The notes: generated by a model from the sequence alone, not told the origin. Positions 20,050 to 30,200 are shown, counted from the stretch's first letter. The stretch is DNA of 64,000 bases from Nitrospinaceae bacterium (GCA_965237905.1 OZ250172.1:2016001-2080000); one strand, 5' to 3'. Made by a program: numbers and translations.

Positions 20050-20577
20050 ATGGCAACAAAAAAGCTTTCCTCAGGAAGCCGACTCCCCGAATTCACCCTT
20101 TCGCTGGTTGGAAGTGGAACGGTTACTTTGGGAAAAACTCAGAAGAAGGGTAACTGGCAGTTGGTTTTCGTTTATCGAGGCCTGCATTGTCCGGTCTGCA
20201 AACAATATCTGACTAAACTGGAAAGCCTGAAAGACAAATTTCTTGCCACAGGCACAGAGCTTGTCGCTGTGTCCGGTGATTCTGAAGGCAAAGCTATGGC
20301 CATGGTGGAGTCTAATGGACTGTCATTTCCCGTTGCTTATGGGCTGTCTATCGAGCAGATGAAGGAATTGGGGCTTTATATTTCTCATCCACGTTCCCCG
20401 CAGGAAACGGACCGGCCTTTTGCTGAGCCTGGAATGTTCGCCGTGAATGCGGAAGGCAAAGTTCAGTTGATTGATATATCCAATACCCCGTTCAACCGAT
20501 CCGATTTGGGTGAGTTGGTCGAAACGGTAGAATGGATTCAGGAGAACGACTATCCGATCCGGGGAACTTATGAATAA
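20050..20577 (+). CDS. Peroxiredoxin-like AhpC/TSA family protein
   Basis: [15 protein letters not shown]xxC and PFAEPG motifs; start at MATKKL. Confidence 0.85.
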   Translation: MATKKLSSGSRLPEFTLSLVGSGTVTLGKTQKKGNWQLVFVYRGLHCPVCKQYLTKLESLKDKFLATGTELVAVSGDSEGKAMAMVESNGLSFPVAYGLSIEQMKELGLYISHPRSPQETDRPFAEPGMFAVNAEGKVQLIDISNTPFNRSDLGELVETVEWIQENDYPIRGTYE

Positions 20578-20618
20578 CTTCGCCGGGTAACAATATTTAA
20601 AAAAATAATGGTGGGAGT

Positions 20619-20999
20619 TCAGTCCAACTGCGGTTCTTTGATGTCCTTCACTACTTCCATCTGCTTGTTGAACAGTTTGGCGGAGAGAGCCCAGGAACCC
20701 CAGGAGATCAGAACGATGGTGGCGATGCCGATGCCCGCCCACAGGCCGACATTCCCGGATTCCCCCATCCCTCTTATAAAGATGAACATTCCCAAAGGCA
20801 GGGCCATGATGAATCCGAAGCAGGTGAGTAACATGGAGCTTCGGGCGTAGTACTTGGGCCGGACGTCGATATTGAGCTCGCTCAGGTATTTCTGGTTTTC
20901 CGGCATGGCGGCGTCGAGCAGTTCCACCTCGCCCTCGCATTTAGGGCAAAACTGGCCGCCCCAGAACGCGTTCTTGCACTGCAAACAAAATTTGACCAT
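20619..20999 (-). CDS. Small membrane protein with an N-terminal zinc ribbon
   Basis: MVKFCLQCKNAFWGGQFCPKC followed by two hydrophobic helices. Confidence 0.7.
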   Translation of the reverse strand: MVKFCLQCKNAFWGGQFCPKCEGEVELLDAAMPENQKYLSELNIDVRPKYYARSSMLLTCFGFIMALPLGMFIFIRGMGESGNVGLWAGIGIATIVLISWGSWALSAKLFNKQMEVVKDIKEPQLD

Positions 21000-21080
21000 A
21001 ATCTCGAATCCGGCAATGGAGTGATTGGATGGCGACATCATACCCCATCCAGCCATCAAGCCAAAGTGGAAAGGAAGAGC

Positions 21081-21863
21081 ATGCCCGGGAAACAACTCAT
21101 CATACTGGCCCACGGCGGAGCCGGGTCCGACAACGCCCACTCCGACGGTACCGACCGCGCCTGTCAAATCGGCCTGGAGTTGATGCAGGCTCGAACTCCC
21201 GTTCTGGAAGCGGCCTGCCGGACGGTGGCCATCCTGGAAGACGATCCCCGCTTCAACGCCGGAACGGGATCGCGCAAGCGCACTGACGGGTCGGTGCGAA
21301 TGGACGCCGCCTGCATGGACAGCCATCATCGCTTCGGGGCGGTTGCGGCGATTCAGCACATCAAAAATCCCATACACGTCGCCCGCGGTGTGGCGAACTC
21401 CGAGTACCGGTTATTGACCGGGGACGATGCGCATCAATACGCCGTCGAACTCGGATTCGAAAAAGTGGACATGACCCGGATTGAATCCAATGCGCCCGGC
21501 ACCGATACCGTGGGCGCCGTGGTGTTCGATGGCACACAGTTCGCCGCCGCGCTCAGCACCGGCGGCACCGGCGGGTCGCGTCCCGGCCGGGTAGGCGACG
21601 TGCCGCTCATCGGCTGTGGATTGTACGCCGGGGAACATGGCGTGGTGTGCGCGACCGGGCACGGCGAATCGATCACCCTCAACCTCACCGCTTACCGGAC
21701 CTACGAAATGCTGGGACGGGGCATCGCGCCGCAAGAGGCATTGAATACCGCGCTCGGCTGGTTTGAGGATTTGCAAGACATCGGCCTGTTGATCATCAGC
21801 CGCCAAGGTCACGTCGGCGGCTCCAACCGAAGCATGGCCTGGTCCACTCTCACGGGAGATTGA
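21081..21863 (+). CDS. Isoaspartyl peptidase/L-asparaginase (Ntn hydrolase, asparaginase 2)
   Basis: HGGAG, LEDDPRFNAGTG, DTVGAV nucleophile Thr, STGG, GRVGD, TGHGE. Confidence 0.92.
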   Translation: MPGKQLIILAHGGAGSDNAHSDGTDRACQIGLELMQARTPVLEAACRTVAILEDDPRFNAGTGSRKRTDGSVRMDAACMDSHHRFGAVAAIQHIKNPIHVARGVANSEYRLLTGDDAHQYAVELGFEKVDMTRIESNAPGTDTVGAVVFDGTQFAAALSTGGTGGSRPGRVGDVPLIGCGLYAGEHGVVCATGHGESITLNLTAYRTYEMLGRGIAPQEALNTALGWFEDLQDIGLLIISRQGHVGGSNRSMAWSTLTGD

Positions 21864-22070
21864 TGGTCGGAGCAGGAAAAATGGAATACGGAAATCAAAT
21901 GAAAATACGCAACTTACAGTTTTGGGTTCTAAAAAATTTTGGAATACCGATTGCGAGGTAGTATCCTGTAGTTGACAGGGAACCAAATAATGGTATCTTT
22001 AAGTAATTGAGTTTATTCGTGTTCGTCCCGTCCTTCCTCTTCGTTACTCAAATTTCGCCATTCAAATCTT

Positions 22071-22517
22071 ATGAACCACCTACTATCCCTGAATATCAGA
22101 CCTAACCTTGAGCCGGTTGCGCCATTCAAACGAATTGTGCTGATCGGGATCCTCTTCTTCATGATGACTGCCTGCGCCACTGGACCCAAGTTGGAAGGCT
22201 TGTGGGAAATTCAGGAGGAGGATAAATCCTATATAGCCACCCTCGACCAGCAGGGGAACGGCACCTATACCTGGGAAAATGGCACCATGAAGACGACTGA
22301 ATTTATCGACAGGAGATGGAAGGGCTCTTGGCATCAGACCGGCAATGATCGTGAAGGGGGTTTCGAGGTTCTGCTTTCCGAGGACGGGACTCAGGCCGAA
22401 GGAGTTTGGTGGTATCCCCGGATGGGAGATCATGACAACATTCCGCCGAAAAAATTTGGCGGGGATTATCTCTGGGTTCGCCAAACCCCAAAAGAGACTG
22501 TCCAGTTGGATAAATAG
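22071..22517 (+). CDS. Hypothetical lipoprotein (small beta-barrel)
   Basis: Lipobox MTAC after a hydrophobic stretch; start uncertain. Confidence 0.7.
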   Translation: MNHLLSLNIRPNLEPVAPFKRIVLIGILFFMMTACATGPKLEGLWEIQEEDKSYIATLDQQGNGTYTWENGTMKTTEFIDRRWKGSWHQTGNDREGGFEVLLSEDGTQAEGVWWYPRMGDHDNIPPKKFGGDYLWVRQTPKETVQLDK

Positions 22518-22572
22518 CGTTTCAACCTTCATTACCGTTTCTATCTTAAGTTAAATTCCGTAAGGGAGAATT

Positions 22573-23569
22573 GTGAAACATTTAACCATCACCGCGTTAT
22601 TGATGCTCCTATGGATCGGCCCTGTTTTAGCCGGTGGAGGCCATCATCATGACCTGCCGACCCTGTCGGGCAAGGCGAAAACGGTTGTAACCGTCACCGA
22701 TCAAACCGTCACGATAACCTTCGGACCGATCGACCTGCCAGTAGGCCACTCCGGCGATCTGGCGGCGAGCATGCCCAAGCATACGTTTGAATTGCCGGAG
22801 GATATGTACATGGTGGGTTATAAAGCTGACGTGTTCCTGAAGGACGGCACACCACTGCCACAGCAATATCTCCACCACATTCTGATGATGGATAATAATA
22901 CGAAAAGCGTTTCGTGTCCGGGAGAACCCCTGTTCTTTGCCGGTGCCGGTATGGAAATGACTGAGGCCCGTTTTCCCAAAGGTTACGGCGTCAAGTTGGG
23001 GAAGGGTCACAAGCTGATGGCGCTGGTGGCCTTCTACCATAAAGTGCCCCCCACCAAGGATGTGATGGCCAGCTTCACCATGCAGATCGCTCCCAAAGGG
23101 TCCCGCGTGGAGCCGATGGATGTTTATCAGGTGGGTGTCAACATCGTCTGCTTCAGCAAGTTCGGCAAACGCGCCAAGGACGAAACCGATGAAGGCATGC
23201 TGATCCGTCCCGGTGTGGATGTGCGCACCGCTCCCCTGAAATTCAGCATGGATGGATGTACGAAATTCGCCTATCCCCCACGGCCATGATCAACTCCTGC
23301 TGATCGCGCTGGATAACAAAACCACCGGCAAAACCCTGCTCCGCACGGTTCCCGATGTTGCCCCGGACGGAGCCTTCAAGGCGTTTCAACAGCATCAGGT
23401 ATATCAGGATGCGGTCGGGTTCTCTGTCAACTCGCGCGACGAATACGAGATGACCATGGTGCACCATAAAGCCCACGATGATAAACGAGAGCAGTACGGC
23501 ATGGGCAATTATCTCATGTACATGACGCCCGGCCCCTGTCCGTCGGACCAGAGCGCCTCAGCCCGCTGA
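22573..23569 (+). pseudogene. Frameshifted exported copper type II (PHM/DBH-like) monooxygenase homologue
   Basis: ORFs 22573-23289 and 23252-23569 join into one ~331-aa protein if one C is removed from the C5 run at 23275-23279, restoring FAYPHGHDQ; HH, HxH and late Met motifs present. Confidence 0.7.
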
Positions 23570-23590
23570 TCCCCGGTTGGATAGATAAAA

Positions 23591-24145
23591 TTAACTGCTT
23601 TTATTCGTTATAAAGGGTAAAAGGGTTTTCATTTCGTTCAGTTCTTCCAGCGTAAGTCCTATTTTCTCGTGATTATCCTTTAAAACATTAAAGAATTCTT
23701 TAAGCGTTGCCTTGTTTTCTAAAAGAAATAACTTAAAAAGCTTAGTCATGTAATCTTCCGCGAACTTCTCCCTTTGAGTTTTTTTGATGCCATGAGACAG
23801 AGTTTTTTCAACATGATGCCCGATTTCGTGATACAGGACCCGGGCTAAACCCAATTCTTTTAGTAAAAGCAATTTATTGAAAGTGTTTTTGTTTGAACCC
23901 GGGAAAATATTTTTTAAAGAAATTTCAATGCAAGCCTGATAGTTCTTCCATTTTCTTTTATAGACCCCCAATGCTCCCGTCCGGCGCGAATCTTTTTGGC
24001 TAGGAACATCTGTGATGGATATATGGGACAACTGGAGAAGATCTTTTCCCGGTACCGGGTTGAGTATTTTTTTGATTGAGGAGTGAATGTCAAAACCTAA
24101 GCGGGTCAGCTCCTCTTCGCCTTTATCGGTAACAATTATTTTCAT
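23591..24145 (-). CDS. AT-rich hypothetical protein with HEXXH zinc-metallopeptidase motif
   Basis: RVLYHEIGHHVE...REKFAEDY; composition visibly more AT-rich than its neighbours. Confidence 0.7.
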   Translation of the reverse strand: MKIIVTDKGEEELTRLGFDIHSSIKKILNPVPGKDLLQLSHISITDVPSQKDSRRTGALGVYKRKWKNYQACIEISLKNIFPGSNKNTFNKLLLLKELGLARVLYHEIGHHVEKTLSHGIKKTQREKFAEDYMTKLFKLFLLENKATLKEFFNVLKDNHEKIGLTLEELNEMKTLLPFITNKSS

Positions 24146-24152
24146 ACTCTAA

Positions 24153-24992
24153 TTATACTACTGTGAGGGGGACTTGATCGGGGTCGAACAGGGTGGTGAT
24201 GTCGCTGAAGCGGATGCCGGCGAGTTCCAGGGTGATAGGTATTTGAGTGCTGTTATACACGAGATTCCACAATCCGTTGCCCAGTTCGGACAGATTGTCG
24301 ATGGTCTGGCTGAGCAAATCCTGCCGCAGAACGCCGAACAAGTCCAATCCTGTTACCGCCCACTTGATGTTGATCTCCAGGCACCGGTGATAAAACCCCA
24401 ACTCCAGTTGAATCGCGTTCAGATTTTTACGTAACGGATGCGCCTGCCGCGCCTCCGGGAATAGTGCTTGGAAATCTTTTTCAACCGATCGCGCCCGCCA
24501 TCCCGTCAACAGATATCCCACGCCCCGCCAGTCGAGCAGTCGCAGTTGTTGTACGTGGCTCGTCACCCGGTCGACCAGATCGCCGGTTATGAAGGGCGCC
24601 AGGCACAATTCGGAATGTTCCTTTTTTTTGAGTTCGTTCAATCCCGACAGGTCCTTGTACAGTTCCCGCAGGCAGGTGTTGAGGTGGGCGATGCTCACCG
24701 GGTCATCGGGTTGGCGCGTGTCCTTGAGCGAATGTTGAACCACGTCAAGGTTGCGGTCGGCCTCTTCCGTGTAATTGATCTCCGGCATATCCAGTAGAGA
24801 GTGGAATGCTTTCGGCGACAAGGCGGGATCGATGCCGGACTGGTCGATCAGCCATTGCCGTCCTTTGCGGATGCGGTGCACCTCGCGCAGGGTTGCGACC
24901 AGCAGGTCCAACGGCTCTCCTGACTGCTCGAACGGCGTCAGGTCGGTGCCATCACTCAGAATTTTTTTGAGAATACGTTTGGGGTCGCGCAT
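24153..24992 (-). CDS. Hypothetical protein
   Basis: 279-aa ORF with GGAG RBS; no recognised motif. Confidence 0.7.
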   Translation of the reverse strand: MRDPKRILKKILSDGTDLTPFEQSGEPLDLLVATLREVHRIRKGRQWLIDQSGIDPALSPKAFHSLLDMPEINYTEEADRNLDVVQHSLKDTRQPDDPVSIAHLNTCLRELYKDLSGLNELKKKEHSELCLAPFITGDLVDRVTSHVQQLRLLDWRGVGYLLTGWRARSVEKDFQALFPEARQAHPLRKNLNAIQLELGFYHRCLEINIKWAVTGLDLFGVLRQDLLSQTIDNLSELGNGLWNLVYNSTQIPITLELAGIRFSDITTLFDPDQVPLTVV

Positions 24993-25053
24993 ACGAAATT
25001 ACTCCGTGAGGCGTTTGACCTACGGATTTCAAAAGTCTATCGGATGGCAACGA

Positions 25054-25665
25054 TTATATACTACCTCGCTCGATGAGAACGGATAGATCGGGGGAAAGAT
25101 TCTTTCGCAGGATGCTCTGGATAGCCGCCAGCGTACCGGACTCTGCCTTCGAGCAACTGCCGCAGGCGCCCTGGTAACGGATACGCAGGACGCTGTTTTC
25201 GAAGTCCTCGACTAATATATTGCCACCGTCCGCCGCCAAGAGGGGCCGGATGTTTTCATCCATGTAGGCGTCAATGACTTCCGCCTTGACGGCGTCGCTG
25301 AACGTATCGAAATCTTTAAGGTCAATTTCGTCGAGGAGAGTGCTTTTCTTTTCGCCCGCTTCCTCCGCATTGTCGTAATAGACCAGTGATTCCTCGATGG
25401 TCTGGATGATGGGGTCGATCAGCAGTTCCCACTCTTCGGCGGAGACGAGGGTGACGGACACGAAGCGGTCCTGGATGAGCAGGGCGGAGACCACGCCGAA
25501 GCTGAACATCGTTTCGGCAAACGGGTCGCCTTCGGCCTCTATATCATCGTTGAAGGAACGTGAGCCGTGGGCGATCGCCTGGGTATTGAGGTTGAATTTC
25601 AAGGCCGCGGGATTGGGAGTCGGTTCCGTTGCCACGACCATGAACTTTCGTTTCTGAGCTTCCAT
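25054..25665 (-). CDS. NifU/Nfu family Fe-S cluster biogenesis protein (Nfu_N + NifU_C)
   Basis: EPTPNPAALKF N-domain; IRPLLAADGG and YQGACGSC C-domain. Confidence 0.9.
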   Translation of the reverse strand: MEAQKRKFMVVATEPTPNPAALKFNLNTQAIAHGSRSFNDDIEAEGDPFAETMFSFGVVSALLIQDRFVSVTLVSAEEWELLIDPIIQTIEESLVYYDNAEEAGEKKSTLLDEIDLKDFDTFSDAVKAEVIDAYMDENIRPLLAADGGNILVEDFENSVLRIRYQGACGSCSKAESGTLAAIQSILRKNLSPDLSVLIERGSI

Positions 25666-25832
25666 CAGTTTCCTTACAAGTATTTATTATATATAGAGTA
25701 GCCGATCCGGGGGTTTACGGGAAGGACCGGTTTTGAGGCGCTTCATACTTAGATGCAGGCTACCGCACAATGGATTCAAGCCCGCTAACCGCCGAGTTTG
25801 GATTTTCACTGAAAACCTGATACATTTCCTCA

Positions 25833-26022
25833 GTTAGCGTAACGCCCGGCGTAGCGCCGGAGCTAACCGGGCAACGCCCGGATGAAATTTGCTCCAGGCT
25901 GAGCCTGGCCTCCCCTTGGTAAGGGGAGGACTGAGGTGGGGTTAATAAAAACCTCCCCTTTTATCCCCTCCTTGGTAAGGAGGGGAATCATTACTGTCAT
26001 CCTGAGCCTGTCGAAGGGTGAC
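25833..26022. repeat. Cluster of short palindromic (REP-like) elements
   Basis: CCGGCG-tag-CGCCGG, CCAGGCT-g-AGCCTGG, CCTCCCCTT-ggt-AAGGGGAGG, TCCCCTCCTT-ggt-AAGGAGGGGA, GTCATCC...GGGTGAC. Confidence 0.75.
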
Positions 26023-26060
26023 TTGGCTATCTATCTAAGGATTTCTTCAAGACATTGCGA

Positions 26061-26147
26061 GCGAGGGTGGCGGAACTGGTAGACGCCCAGGACTTAAAAT
26101 CCTGTGAGGGTAACCTCGTGCGGGTTCGATTCCCGCCCCTCGCACCA
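26061..26147 (+). tRNA. tRNA-Leu (anticodon TAA)
   Basis: Acceptor GCGAGGG/CCCTCGC + ACCA; D-loop TGGTAGAC; anticodon arm CAGGA-CTTAAAA-TCCTG; long variable arm; GGTTCGATTCC. Confidence 0.97.
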
Positions 26148-26154
26148 AATAAAT

Positions 26155-26189
26155 AAAGGGGTTAGAGCCTTGAAGCTTTAACCCCTTTT
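26155..26189 (+). terminator. Hairpin/terminator after tRNA-Leu
   Basis: AAAGGGGTTAGAGC...GCTTTAACCCCTTTT. Confidence 0.75.
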
Positions 26190-26229
26190 CTATTGATATC
26201 GCCTTATGTGTAATTCTTGTGTAATTGTG

Positions 26230-26847
26230 TCAGAAAAATAACCAAAAGATTAATAAAATAAAAGAATAAACAGCAAACACTCTTGGTAGATATAGTTCGA
26301 ATTTTTCTACATCAAGAACCAATTTAAGGGCAGATTTATTAAGGTTAGTCAATTCATTAAATAAACTAATGGCATATTCTCTATCTTTGATTTCTTGAAG
26401 TAGGCTTCGTATATTAATAGGATCATCTGGAGGTATCGGTGTATCTGGGGATCGTCCGGTAATATATTCATAGTCCTCTCGAAGCTTGGGGGTTTCATTT
26501 TTCAATAGATTAATTTTTCTAAGAACTATATCTTGATGTCGGATGTGTATTTCTTTGTCTCGTGATCTGTAAAATTCAAACATCCACCACCAATAAATTA
26601 TAAGAGATATTCCTAAAAGAGAGATATTGCTTTTGTTTGAGGCTTCATCGAGACTGAGTCCAAAGATCTTTACATTAGCTAAATCAAGCCCTAAAAAACC
26701 CACTGACAGAATTATAAAAGTTATAACCATTAGATTTCTTCTAGATTTCTTGAAATCTTGGGATTGATGATCGTATAGCAATTGGTGCAAAGATTTTGGA
26801 TCAAAAAGTTCCTTCTCAATCCTAGATGGTATCTCTGGCTCTTCCAT
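26230..26847 (-). CDS. AT-rich hypothetical membrane protein (3 TM)
   Basis: Two N-proximal hydrophobic helices, a coiled segment and a C-terminal helix; GAGG RBS. Confidence 0.7.
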   Translation of the reverse strand: MEEPEIPSRIEKELFDPKSLHQLLYDHQSQDFKKSRRNLMVITFIILSVGFLGLDLANVKIFGLSLDEASNKSNISLLGISLIIYWWWMFEFYRSRDKEIHIRHQDIVLRKINLLKNETPKLREDYEYITGRSPDTPIPPDDPINIRSLLQEIKDREYAISLFNELTNLNKSALKLVLDVEKFELYLPRVFAVYSFILLIFWLFF

Positions 26848-26858
26848 TTATTCCCTCA

Positions 26859-27062
26859 TTAAATAACTTTATTAAGTCGACCTTGTAATTTATCCATTGC
26901 CGCTTGTATGTGTTCCCCATTTTGATGGCAATACCTTTCCACCATGATTAAGGTTTTATGCCCCGAAATCTGCTTAACTGTGGGCAGGTCAACCCCCGCC
27001 TAGACCAAGTAGTTATTATATGTGCCTCAAGGTATGAGGGGTAATCTGTTTCGGGTCCAGTT
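26859..27062 (-). pseudogene. Tyrosine recombinase/integrase C-terminal remnant
   Basis: Manual minus-strand translation: LDPKQITPHTLRH / YLV*AGVDLPTVKQISGHKTLIMVERYCHQNGEHIQAAMDKLQGRLNKVI*; HxxR, GH and catalytic Y present, with a frameshift and an in-frame TAG. Confidence 0.88.
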
Positions 27063-27087
27063 CTACTTTTTTCACTCCAAATAAATA

Positions 27088-27124
27088 TGGGGTTGAAGCC
27101 ACCAGGCTTTAACCCCACTTTTTT
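27088..27124 (+). terminator. Hairpin resembling the post-tRNA terminator
   Basis: TGGGGTTGAAGCC-acca-GGCTTTAACCCCA followed by a T-run. Confidence 0.65.
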
Positions 27125-27259
27125 GTCTTGTCTTACGTATCATTGTGACGGAAAAACCCACCCCCAGGAAGAATTTCCACCGACAATTGCCATCCTTGCC
27201 GGACCCAATTCCTTTGTTATACTAAATCCAATACAAACCTTAACGAACCGGGAGCCTTT

Positions 27260-30200
27260 ATGAAGCGTTTTGGGGTGCTTTTCCTTTCATTGGCTTTTCT
27301 CTTTATTCTGCAGGGATTTTCGACCTTTCTTGTTGGAAGCACGAAAGCCGCACAACCGTTAAACATTTTAAGGGTCACTCCCAAAGGAAACGACGTCCCG
27401 GCGGGCCGCCAGATCGTCATCCAGTTCAACCGCGCCGTCGTCCCACTCGGCCGAATGGAGCGTAGAGCTGACGAGCTTCCCATCTCCGTCGTTCCAAAAC
27501 TCAACTGTCAGTGGCGATGGATCAATACCAGCGCTCTCGCCTGCCAGCTTGGCGAAAAAGACGCTCTGCAACCCGCGCACAAATACAGGATCACCATCAA
27601 CCCCGGCATCCAGGCAGAAGATGGCGCCACTATTCCCAAAACCTATCTTCACCAGTTCATCACCCAGCGACCACGAGTGACATATTCAAGGTTCAGCACT
27701 TGGAGAAGCCCCGGAACCCCCGTCATCCGCGTCACCTTTAACCAGCCGGTCTTTCAAACTTCCGTGGAACAGCACATCTATTTAATGACGGGCATCATAA
27801 TTACCGATCGGATTCCGATTCAAGCCGAGCCTGATCCCAACGACCGCACCGCGCCCCAAATCCTGCCGGTGCCCGGTGAATCCTATGCCCTGGATTTTGG
27901 CAAACCTCTCAAACAAAAAAGTGACGACCAATTAAAAAAGAGTCAAGGCGTCGAAGCCCGCCGCATCTGGCTGGTATTGCCCAAAAAGGAATTGCCCCTG
28001 AACACCAAGTTCAAATTGAAAGTCGAGCCGGGTTTGTTGTCCGCGGAGGGACCGGAAAAAGGCATCACCTCCCGCGACCTGCTCGAATTCTACACGTTCC
28101 CGGAATTAAAATTCCTCGGCGTGAGTTGTCAGACCAACAGCAAACGGGATATTCTGATTACCGGCGCTTTCTCCACACTTCCGCAGAAATGTAACCCTTT
28201 GGCGAGAGTGGCCCTGACGTTCAGCGCCCCGGTGCTGCCCTCCCAGGTTAAGAAACATATGAAATTGGTCCCCGATCTCGCAGGAGGCCGCACCGATTAT
28301 GACCCCTGGGCCAATGTTTATGAATACTCCCACCTCAATTCACCTCACCACGACGGCAGGACTTATAACGTTTATCTTCCCGAAAACCTGAAAGCCGCTC
28401 AGAAGTATTTTTTACGCATAAAGCCCGGCACCCTGCAGGGCGAGTTTGGCCGCATTTTGGAGAAACCGGTGCAAATGATATTCGCCACCGATCACCGTCA
28501 ACCCGACTACGACCTGATTCACCGGACCGCGGTTCTTGAAAAAAAGGAAAAGACCGAAGTGCCCCTGTACGTCACCAACATGAAAAGCGTGACCCTCAAT
28601 TACAAGCGGCTCACCCCTAAAGACCGCAGGACCCAGCTTTCCCTACAAGCCAAAATACCGGAAGCGGAAGATGTCGCATTTGGTATTCCTCTGGGTATCC
28701 GCGAAGCCCTGGGTGGCCAAACCGGTGCGCTCTACGGGAGACTCTCTTCCAATCCCCATGTCAAAAAATCCGATTATGAAAATGCCCTGTTCGCCCAGGT
28801 CACCCCCTACGCGGTTCATGTCAAGCTGGGGCACTTCAACTCACTGGTCTGGGTCACCGAGCTCGCCACCGGCAAACCCGTGCCCGGCGCCACGGTACAG
28901 ATTTATAAAAACCGCCTGATCGACCTGTCAAAGAATTCCAAAACGCTGGCACAGGGCACCACCGACAAACACGGCCTGGCGACCCTGGCGGGCACCAGGA
29001 CCATGGACCCCCAACTGGATACTTTTGGTTACGGTTGGTACAGCGATGACGTCGACCGCTTGTTCGTCCGCGTGGACAAGGGCGGGGACATGGCGTTGTT
29101 GCCGCTCGACGAATCACGGTTCTCCGTCAGCGCCTCCTCGGTGTCGGACTACGCGGTGTATTCCGTTCCGCAAAAGAAATACGGACACATAAAAACCTGG
29201 GGCACCACCGCGCAGGGCGTTTACAAGGCAGGTGACACCATCCAATACAAGCTGTATGTCCGCAATCAGGACAACCGCACGCTGGTCCCGCCGCCATTGA
29301 CAGGTTACCACCTGGAAATCAAAGATCCGACGGGTAAAAAGGTTCACGAGATTAAGGACGTCACTCTTTCCGAGTTTGGCGCTTACGACGGAGAATTCAC
29401 CGTCCCGAAAACCGGTGCGGTTGGATGGTACTGGTTCCGCCTGACCTCAAACTTTACGCATTTGAGCTGGAACCCCATGCGTGTGCTGGTGAGTGACTTT
29501 ACCCCGTCGCCTTTCCGCGTCACCAACGAACTGAACGGTAAATTGTTTCAACCGGGGCAACCCGTCACCGTCACTACCATGGCACGCATGCACGCCGGTG
29601 GACCTTACACCGACGCCTCCACCCGGGTGACAGCCCAGTTGAAGCAACAGGCCTTTGTTTCCAAACATCCTGTTGCCAAAGATTTTAATTTCAGAAAAGG
29701 GTACTCTTCCCATTATTCCACCAGTGTTTTCAATAAAACAGACAAGGTTGATGACAAGGGTAATCTTCTCAGCTCATTCGCAATCACCAACTCGAATATT
29801 TTGTACGGAACCCTGATGGTGGAAAGCGCCGTGCGTGACGACCGCGGCAAATACGTCGCCTCCTCCACCTCCGCAAAATTTATCGGGTTGGATCGGTTCG
29901 TCGGACTTAAAAATACCCACTGGCTCTATAAAGAAGACGAGCCCGCAAAAATCAATTACATAGTAGTCAACGAACGCGGTGTTCCCGTCGGCGGCACCAA
30001 GGTTGGCATCCAGATCGAACGCAGGGTCACCAAAGCGTCGCGCGTCAAGGGTGCGGGCAACGCCTATCTGACCCAGTTCACCGAAGAATGGGTTGCTGCC
30101 GGCCAGTGTTCCGGGTCACCGGGTGCCAAACCTTCCACCTGCCGGTTCACACCGAAGGAACCGGGCTCGTACCGCATGACTGCCAGCATCAAGGATACCG

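Noticed and set aside
25695..25770. Possible cobalamin riboswitch (CGGGAAGG) upstream of the Nfu gene
   Set aside because: Other conserved B12-element motifs are not evident, and the motif is on the strand opposite the Nfu gene.
25833..26022. Possible CRISPR array
   Set aside because: The palindromes differ from each other, lack regular repeat-spacer periodicity, and no cas genes are in the window.
26188..26215. dif-like XerD arm (TTATGTGTAAT)
   Set aside because: No matching XerC arm at the required 6-bp spacing.
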